Part shown: one piece after another, positions 1 to 10,000 of the stretch
How the letters are laid out: every line of letters begins with the position of its first letter
Numbering within the stretch: position 1 is the first letter of the stretch
NCBI GenBank assembly: GCA_965285935.1
Contig: OZ260663.1
Span: 100,626,001 to 100,690,000 of the forward strand
Origin: Ophelia neglecta
Lineage: Eukaryota
Length of the DNA: 64,000 nt
Direction of reading: 5' to 3'
Translations under genes and position numbers: made by a program
The notes under the pieces: generated by a model
Databases searched by the model: none
Told to the model about the DNA's origin: nothing
The model's input: only the letters and a program-made list of their open reading frames with translations

Positions 1-1301
1 AATTCCCGCCTCCACATTTCTATTTCCTTGTTCCCCATCGACTCCCCCCTGAGTCTATTTTAATTGATGACACTGACAATCCGAACCCACAAAGACTCCC
101 CCCAAAACAAACATCAAATACTTTATGAATGGCCACGAATGATACGATATATGATTTTGTAATAGAGGTGTGCTGAGAAATTGAGGTTGATAAACCGGGT
201 CTCGTTCACACTTAAAAGGGCACAAAAACCCAAACGGACACAAAGTGGACTTTTACATCGAATGCGGAGACCATTTATTTGTTACCTTTCATTTTACATA
301 GTCCCAGAAGAGACCAAAAGGTTTTTATCACTCAATGTACCTGGACCGGGCAGACACCAAGTGGTTAAACCAATCACTAAACCTGAGCCCAGTAGAGACC
401 AAGTGTTTATTAAGACTCACAGTAACTAGGCCCAGCATGGACCAAGTGGATATTACCACTCACTGGGCCGTATTTATATTTATAAAGCCAAAGTGACCAA
501 AATAACTCCAAAAAGGGAAATAAATTTGTTTGGGTTTTCTCTGCATTTTAGGTTTTCTGGATGTTTTTAGGAAAGGAATAGTTCATCAATAGTCTACCAA
601 TCACCTTACCACTGTGGTTTCTCTGAGTCCTGTGCTTCCAATAAGGCTTTGTTACCCAGGAACCCATCAACATAGTCTATATAAACTGGTCGCCTGTCGT
701 GTCCCACCTCTGGGTTATATATCTTGATCTGTTTATTCTAATGCTCTGTAAATTCTGAGCATAGTTAACACGGCATTAGAAGGATGTTTAGACTTGGGAC
801 ATTACTTGATTTTTAATTATTGCAAGAAGTAAGGCTTGGCTACTCGGTAGGCGTACATCATTATATATTACGGCGATACTGCTTAGACCTGTTTACTTTT
901 TTTTTTATCTCGAACCGATGTTCAAGGAAAACTCATTGTTAAAATCATCATTTCAGTCTTAATAACAGGGGTTAGAATCCGCATTGGAAGTCTATAGGAA
1001 GCGACAATTTGCAAACCTTATCAAATTCTCAAATTGTGCGCATTTTCAAATATAAACCACTAAAATATAATGTCTGTCTCTATTTTAGCAGCTACAGGCC
1101 AGTACTACACAGATGGGATTTTGATACAAGCGAAAATTCAGTCTGGTTATCATAGCCTGTTTTTGTTTTGTGTGACAACATAGCTTATAAAACATTTCTG
1201 GTTAATGTATCAACAAGCCCGACAGTGAGTATTTTATGGCACCTTTATTCGTCGACATGCATAGCTGTCACAACTGATATATAAAATGTTTTATAGGAAA
1301 G

Positions 1302-2697
1302 ATGGCGGCGTATGATCCACGTCATTCGGTGATAACAGACACTATGGCAAGTGACCAATCGGAAGGTAATTCCATTAACATTTATACCATTATTTGGCTA
1401 TACATATATAATTTTGGAAGGTCACATATTGCATAGATGATTTTAATATATAACAGGCATGTCAAGTGCTGCTGTATGCTCCATGTTATTTGAAACCTGA
1501 TCAGAAAAACAAAAATTGCCGCCACGACTGTGATATATTTTCCCACCAATGAGAGTAGGCGATTACACTGTCATAAGGTAGCAGAATGAAAGGTGACTAT
1601 ACGGACTCTTGAGGAAGCCCCTTATTCGGACGGAGTTTGACTAAATAAAGCGAGAAAGGAAACATACTTACATTAAAATCATATAAACAACATCCAAGTC
1701 AGCCAGAGTGTATGCCATGTTATGATTACCTTAAATCACAAATCGTTCCACCAGTTCAAGTGTTTAGCAGAAATGACATTTATCTACATTTGACAAAGTT
1801 GACGTCAATTCATTACTTTATAATTGATATATTTGGGATGTTCATTGTCGTTATGATGCTATTTATAGTAGTCATAAGAAAAGAAGTCCGTTTCGTTGGC
1901 TTGTGAATATAATATCAATCAAAGTCCAATGTTCGATTTTATTAAGTGACCATGATTGTAGCACTCTAAATCTTCGATAAGCTTCGTGCGCTTAGCATTA
2001 TGATATTGGCTAGATAATATGATGATGCATTCTAGCCTATGCATATATTTTTATTGTCATTTTCTGTGGAAATTCATAAATTATAAATCCGTTTGTGCCG
2101 TCGTGAGAAGAAATCTAAGACGCCTATTGCAAGGTTGAGTTATAATTTGAGTTTTGATTGAATTTTGTTTTGATAACAGTGCCTTAAACATTTCAGACCA
2201 AGATCTTCCCCTGGGAAAGGACACCAAGGAGCGTATTACAGCAAACTGGGAATATCTTGTTGAAAATTTAGACGCTGGCCCTTGCGTAGATTACATGAAG
2301 GCAAGGCAATATATAACACGGCGGTTGGAGACTGAGATTATCTATGAAAAAATCCCGATGGAGAAGGCAAGGTTGCTTTTGGAACATATAAAGAGAGGGT
2401 CAAAGGGGCTCTTTACTGTATTTGTGGCTGCTTTACGCGCGAGCAATCAGCTTGCTGTTGAAGACAGACTCGAATCATCGGCCAGTTCAGGTACATATCT
2501 TATGCAAGTGCTTCAGATCAAAGATGAAAAACATGTTAATTAAAATAGTAGAATTGATGGCCAACTGATAATTCTACTCCATGAAAACCATTAACAAATA
2601 TGGAGAGTTTATATTTCATTCCCGTCCCTTTACAGCTGTTATGATTTCCAATCCAAACGAGATCCTAAGTCGATGCTCCCCATCGACTCCCCCCTGA
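1302..2697 (+). CDS. Putative CARD-only product of the upstream duplicate (exons 1302-1365, 2197-2490, 2636-2697; 139 aa)
   Basis: Intact copies of the start exon and CARD-A exon; the truncated CARD-B exon reads VMISNPNEILSRCSPSTPP then TGA at 2695-2697 across the duplication junction. Confidence 0.5.
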
Positions 2698-3946
2698 GTC
2701 TATTTTAATTGATGACACTGACAATCCGAACCCACAAAGACTCCCCCCAAAACAAACATCAAATACTTTATGAATGGCCACGAATGATACGATATATGAT
2801 TTTGTAATAGAGGTGTGCTGAGAAATTGAGGTTGATAAACCGGGTCTCGTTCACACTTAAAAGGGCACAAAAACCCAAACGGACACAAAGTGGACTTTTA
2901 CATCGAATGCGGAGACCATTTATTTGTTACCTTTCATTTTACATAGTCCCAGAAGAGACCAAAAGGTTTTTATCACTCAATGTACCTGGACCGGGCAGAC
3001 ACCAAGTGGTTAAACCAATCACTAAACCTGAGCCCAGTAGAGACCAAGTGTTTATTAAGACTCACAGTAACTAGGCCCAGCATGGACCAAGTGGATATTA
3101 CCACTCACTGGGCCGTATTTATATTTATAAAGCCAAAGTGACCAAAATAACTCCAAAAAGGGAAATAAATTTGTTTGGGTTTTCTCTGCATTTTAGGTTT
3201 TCTGGATGTTTTTAGGAAAGGAATAATTCATCAATAGTCTACCAATCACCTTACCACTGTGGTTTCTCTGAGTCCTGTGCTTCCAATAAGGCTTTGTTAC
3301 CCAGGAACCCATCAACATAGTCTATATAAACTGGTCGCCTGTCGTGTCCCACCTCTGGGTTATATATCTTGATCTGTTTATTCTAATGCTCTTTAAATTC
3401 TGAGCATAGTTAACACGGCATTAGAAGGATGTTTAGACTTGGGACATTACTTGATTTTTAATTATTGCAAGAAGTAAGGCTTGGCTACTCGGTAGGCGTA
3501 CATCATTATATATTACGGCGATACTGCTTAGACCTGTTTACTTTTTTTTTTATCTCGAACCGATGTTCAAGGAAAACTCATTGTTAAAATCATCATTTCA
3601 GTCTTAATAACAGGGGTTAGAATCCGCATTGGAAGTCTATAGGAAGCGACAATTTGCAAACCTTATCAAATTCTCAAATTATGTGCATTTTCAAATATAA
3701 ACCACTAAAATATAATGTCTGTCTCTATTTTAGCAGCTACAGGCCAGTACTACACAGATGGGATTTTGATACAAGCGAAAATTCAGTCTGGTTATCATAG
3801 CCTGTTTTTGTTCTGTGTGACAACATAGCTTATAAAACATTTCTGGTTAATGTATCAACAAGCCCGACAGTGAGTATTTTATGGCACCTTTATTCGTCGA
3901 CATGCATAGCTGTCACAACTGATATATAAAATGTTTTATAGGAAAG

Positions 3947-4010
3947 ATGGCGGCGTATGATCCACGTCATTCGGTGATAACAGACACTATGGCAAGTGAC
4001 CAATCGGAAG
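3947..4010 (+). CDS. NLR first coding exon (MAAYDPRHSVITDTMASDQSE)
   Basis: Acceptor TTTATAG ends 3941, AAGATGG Kozak-like ATG at 3947, donor G|GTAATT at 4011; phase 1 fits the next exon. The whole exon 3942-4010 is 69 bp and also open as a 1-1 internal exon. Confidence 0.65.
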
Positions 4011-7000
4011 GTAATTCCATTAACATTTATACCATTATTTGGCTATACATATATAATTTTGGAAGGTCACATATTGCATAGATGATTTTAATATATAACA
4101 GGCATGTCAAGTGCTGCTGTATGCTCCATGTTATTTGAAACCTGATCAGAAAAACAAAAATTGCCGCCACGACTGTGATATATTTTCCCACCAATGAGAG
4201 TAGGCGATTACACTGTCATAATGTAGCAGAATGAAAGGTGACTATACGGACTCTTGAGGAAGCCCCTTATTCGGACGGAGTTTGACTAAATAAAGCGAGA
4301 AAGGAAACATACTTACATTAAAATCATATAAACAACATCCAAGTCAGCCAGAGTGTATGCCATGTTATGATTACCTTAAATCACAAATCGTTCCACCAGT
4401 TCAAGTGTTTAGCAGAAATGACATTTATCTACATTTGACAAAGTTGACGTCAATTCATTACTTTATAATTGATATATTTGGGATGTTCATTGTCGTTATG
4501 ATGCTATTTATAGTAGTCATAAGAAAAGAAGTCCGTTTCGTTGGCTTGTGAATATAATATCAATCAAAGTCCAATGTTCGATTTTATTAAGTGACCATGA
4601 TTGTAGCACTCTAAATCTTCGATAAGCTTCGTGCGCTTAGCATTATGATATTGGCTAGATAATATGATGATGCATTCTAGCCTATGCATATATTTTTATT
4701 GTCATTTTCTGTGGAAATTCATAAATTATAAATCCGTTTGTGCCGTCGTGAGAAGAAATCTAAGACGCCTATTGCAAGGTTGAGTTATAATTTGAGTTTT
4801 GATTGAATTTTGTTTTGATAACAGTGCCTTAAACATTTCAGACCAAGATCTTCCCCTGGGAAAGGACACCAAGGAGCGTATTACAGCAAACTGGGAATAT
4901 CTTGTTGAAAATTTAGACGCTGGCCCTTGCGTAGATTACATGAAGGCAAGGCAATATATAACACGGCGGTTGGAGACTGAGATTATCTATGAAAAAATCC
5001 CGATGGAGAAGGCAAGGTTGCTTTTGGAACATATAAAGAGAGGGTCAAAGGGGCTCTTTACTGTATTTGTGGCTGCTTTACGCGCGAGCAATCAGCTTGC
5101 TGTTGAAGACAGACTCGAATCATCGGCCAGTTCAGGTACATATCTTATGCAGGTGCTTCAGATCAAAGATGAAAAACATGTTAATTAAAATAGTAGAATT
5201 GATGGCCAACTGATAATTCTACTCCATGAAAACCATTAACAAATATGGAGAGTTTATATTTCATTCCCGTCCCTTTACAGCTGTTATGATTTCCCATCCA
5301 AACGAGATCCTAAGAGACATCAACCCTATCTACCCCCAAATAATCGACAATCTGAGATTTGAGGACCACTTCCTCGCACGCCTGGAGAGTAAGAGAGTGG
5401 TAACAAAGGCCCAGATAGAAGAACTCGAGACCGTATCAGGCAGAAGGGAGAAGGTGGCCAAACTTCTCAGAATGATGGAGAAGGGAGATAATACAGAGAA
5501 AAGAAGAAGGTTCATATCAGCTCTCAACCAGACGAAACAAACACATATCGCCCTTCTGATAGAACACGGAGGTACAAACTAGTTTTGATTTCATAATATC
5601 CTTAATATTGTCAATTTTAAGTAAAATGACAACTATCAAACAACGATTTGTTATCTTTCGATTGGCGTTTAACGTGTATTCAGTGCGGGATTATCAGTCA
5701 ACACTAGTGAGACCAGTTACTGGAGTTGTTATAATTACTCTTCATTATATAGTTTTTGTTAGTTAAGGTAGTTATAGATTCGGTAGTTACGTTAATTAAT
5801 TATCAACGACGGTAATATCTTACGGTGGAAGGTACGGTAGTTACGTAACGTGCAACACTGACCTTAATGCAACTCAAAAGTACTTACAGTAGATACAAGA
5901 GTTGAAGTGCTCACAGTGCTTGTGGTCCTTACAGTATCATTTTCATTTACTGAATTTCAGATGCATCGCAGATAATTCCAGAAAACCAGAAGATTTTCGC
6001 AACGGAGCATAAAGTAAAATTCCTTGAGTCAATCCGAGACGAAGTAAAACGCACTTCTCTGGCTTCCGTGTTGGCGAGGCTAGAAAACAGCCAGATACTA
6101 TCGAGTGCCCAGAGCGCGGCTGTGAAGGCGACAGTAGACCCAGAAAGTCAACATGAAAAGTTATTTAACATATTAACATGTCGACCACTGTCCGTTATAC
6201 AACAATTGATGTTGACCAACAGAGAGACGCCAGAATGGAGGTTAAATATACGGGCTCTTGAGGAAACCCCTGGCCAAGAAAGAGGTGACCAAGTGATGCA
6301 AGGGTCGAAGATCAATATACAAGCCTTAGAGGAGGCCCCTGGCTCCGACGGTGGTAAGTCTGTTAATCTTCTTGGGTTTCATTTTTAAGAATCTGTTCAA
6401 GATATATATCTGGGGGGGGGGAGTTCTTCACATTGTGTACACGGGGGAGTCTGAGGTTCTGAATACCCAACCCAACATTGTCGCTGGAATTGAAGATGAA
6501 TATACCGGCCCTTGATGAAACCCCTGGCCCGGGCAGAGCCAAGTCTGTTGCTTCTTAATAGTTTTGATTGTGTTCTGCTCTAGATAAATATGTGCAGGAA
6601 ATTACAGATAGTATATGCGTCAATCATCATTACAGTTTGGTGTTAAGCAATTCACTCATGCCGTTGCACTACTACTTATGATTTTGCTGATCTGAAATTG
6701 TTTCAAACCTGCTTGCCTGTCTCAGTAATATGTGATTTCTTTGTTGATGTTCAGTGATAACCAAGCTGCATCCTATATTTGGGCGTGATATGGGCTTTTT
6801 CATTATGCCCCATACGTAGTAGGGGGGGGGGGGGCATGATGTTTCTCAAGCAATCTGTAACCATATTACACTTTTTTATGATCGCTGGAATATGGAATAT
6901 GCCAAAATCTAGCATTTGATTATGTTGGGGCAGCATTTTTAAACAATATGGCCGCCTATACCTTTTCCTCTTTCTTTTGCCATTTGATAAACTCTTTTGA

Positions 7001-10000
7001 TTTTGGGAGACATTAAAATGTATTTAGTTTCCATCGCACTTAATAGAACAAATGTAGAATTCTGTATGCACACCAAGTTCTTTATTAAGCAGTGAGACCT
7101 TGTTTGAAGGTTTACAAATGTGTGTGCTACAATTCCAATATTGCTTTTAGATATGCCCTCGACTAATATTTACAAAACCTAAGTGAACAGAATAACTTCA
7201 AAAAGGAAAATAAATATTGTGGTGTTTGATTTGCATTTAAGGTGTTCGGGATGTTTTTAGAAAAAGAATAGTTCATCAACAGTCTAACCCTCAGCCTACC
7301 ACTGTGGCATCTCCGAGTCCTGTCCTTCCAATAAGGCTTTGTTTCCCAGGAACCCATCAACATAGTCTATATCAAACAAGTCGCCTGTCGCGTCCCTGCT
7401 CTGGGTTATATGAATAACGTAGACTTGCCTCATTTTTTCTTGCGTTCAATGCAAGTCCTAGTTAAAGGCTGGGCGGGAACATGCATTTCTGGATGTCTTT
7501 TTTTTTATTTTGCCTGTTTATGCTAATGCTCTGTAAATGCTTGACATAGTTAACCGAGCATTTGAAAAATGACAATACTAAAAGTCCATATTTTCTTTAA
7601 ACTTACAACATTGGGGGAATACAAATATATGACACCAAAACGTACTCTCGATCGGAACCTAATGTACGTCACTTCCCCGGGGACCAACCAAAGCAAAGCA
7701 CAAAAACTTGGCTCGTCTTTATTAACTAAGCAGTCGTAAACTCCGGTGTTAGCACCTTTCGGAAAGAATTTTCTATTAGCTTAGCAAAATCCCGTTTGAA
7801 CGGGGTTTGAACGTTTCTATCTCCACAATTGCCTAAACTACCGATTACCAACAAATGTAATGGCTTGAGAGTTATGCAAAGTAATGCACGAAAATATTGT
7901 CCTTTAAGCTCTCCGAAATCCCCTAGTTTTCGAAGCTTTTATTTCTGGAACCGTAAGTCACAGCGACATCTTCGGCATGTACTAGATTATTTGTGAAATG
8001 GCTGCCGCGCATGCGCAACAAAGTAATTAGTTTTTTTTTAATTTTGTCATAAAGTGAACATAAAATGAAAAAGCTAGGTATCTCTGAAAGAAAAATGCGT
8101 TTTTAAAGTAGCATGTATGAATCCCAAACCGTGCTGACCTGGAAAGTCGGGCAATAAGTTCAAGTTCAAATGGACACCTGAAAATCAAATGTTTCTACTA
8201 AAATTTGATTTTGACAAAAAACTTTCAATCTATTGGACCCAGAGCCTGGAAAGTAGAACACCATTAAAGCACATTTCGATGCACAAGTGGCCCTCGTGGG
8301 GGGGGGGGGGGGGTTGCGCAAAGAATTTTCGATTTGACCCTTATTTTCTGAGATATCAGCCAAATCTCGCTTTAAGTCTCGTTTGGCACTAGTGACATAA
8401 CTGAACTTTGTGGCCACGTGCAGCAAATACTAAAATGATCGTCATGTTACCTTTAGTAAGATATATCGCAAGCAACATTCCTTCTTGCCAAATACTTCGC
8501 CCAATCTCGTTACAGCCTCGTTTTCATGGGCTTCTCAACAGGTTTTTGGCAGTGGTTTGTTATTTGAGTTATTTTTAATACATATTGCGTAATTGTGACG
8601 TAACCGGTCGTGCTAGAAATGTCTAGTTAAAATCAAAATGGCCACAATAAGATGCACTGTCAGTCTCTACCCACAGTTCTGTTCCGCGCATGCGCAAACA
8701 TAAATAACTTTTCCAATGCTTCCCGACTTCTCTATGTTTGACGCCATTTTGTAGAGAAAAGAACGCTAAATTTTGTGAAACCATTATGTGAAGATTTGAT
8801 TTTGAGCATGCGCCAAGAAAAAACCTTGCTTTCGGATGTTTTACAATTTTCGATGTTCTACATACTTTGCTAGGGCCACCTGGCAGTATGATTAAGAACT
8901 ACTATACGTTTCCTGTAGTTTTCTCTTTCCTCTACCTAGTGTTACCATTAATTTGTCTCTTTAGCCCCATTTTTATGCATTTCTAATAGAATTTTAACCC
9001 CATGAGCGAATGAAACCGGGCATTAGCTTTCTTGCATGACCCGTCCTACCTGTCTGATGTTACACGATGTCACATATGTTACGTAATATTATGTTTTAGC
9101 GATACCTAGCTTCTTAAATAGTTATCATTTGTTGAAAAAAAATACTTTTTTGTTTGCTTATAAGCTTTGGCCTTTTTCACAAATAATTTAGAAGAGGCCA
9201 TGGTGGTTTTAAACTGGAAATCATATGTCGCTTTGACTTCCAATTTCGGAGATATAAGCCTCGAAAGCTACGAGGCTTTTAACGAGATTTGGGCTGTATC
9301 TCGCTAACTAAGCGTCGGAGGGCTTAAAGGACGATTTTTACTCGATGGCAAACAGAATGCCACCGGCTTATTTCGTTTAAGCTTCATCGCAATTTGGCAG
9401 TTACCGGAACTGACGCTACTGATTTTATTGTGTATTTCATCGGGTGCTCTGTAGCCGGCGTCATTGAACCGAGAATTCTGAAACTTAGCACAGATGTAAC
9501 CAGATGCTAGTATGTTTACTACCTGTGACACCCTCTCACATAGGGTTAAAGTTGTGTTGTATGGTATTATGAGTGGTGACCTCCCTATAGCTAGGTGTTT
9601 CCTGTAAAATAAAGAGGCTGTCTCCAGAGTGAGATTGTTTGGCCAAGCTGACCAATTAGAAGGCCAGTCTTAATCACTTCCTCTCTGGTCAGGGCAGGAA
9701 AATAATTGAAAGGTAAACTCAGAAGCCATCCAGCCAGCAGACTGTTAGGGTCAGAAGTTTTCTGTTAGAAATCCGGTATCTTGGGTAAGCCTATTTTAGC
9801 TTGCAGTACACAACTATCAGAGTGGAAGTCTATTTTATAATTAGCCAGTTGTATAGCTACAAATGCAGCATTGAGATATCTTACAGCGTATTCCTTTATT
9901 CTCTTGATCTAAATGTGGTTGGACTCTTGATTTGTTGTAGGTTGGTCAAAAATATCCCAAGTAGATATGGCTAAGGCTCCAGATTGTAGTACACCTGAAT

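Larger units (their letters stand above)
32..5314 (+). repeat. Recent 2645-bp tandem duplication (32-2669 and 2677-5314) of the NLR 5' region
   Basis: Identical ORF pairs at offset 2645 and only scattered SNPs; copy 1 breaks off inside the second CARD exon (GATCCTAAG at 2669 = 5314), followed by a 7-nt filler TCGATGC. Confidence 0.95.

Noticed and set aside
3734-3869. Additional upstream coding exon
   Set aside because: An acceptor and a GTGAGT donor (3870) exist, but the frame is closed or relies on a weak GTTATC donor; at most a 5' UTR exon.
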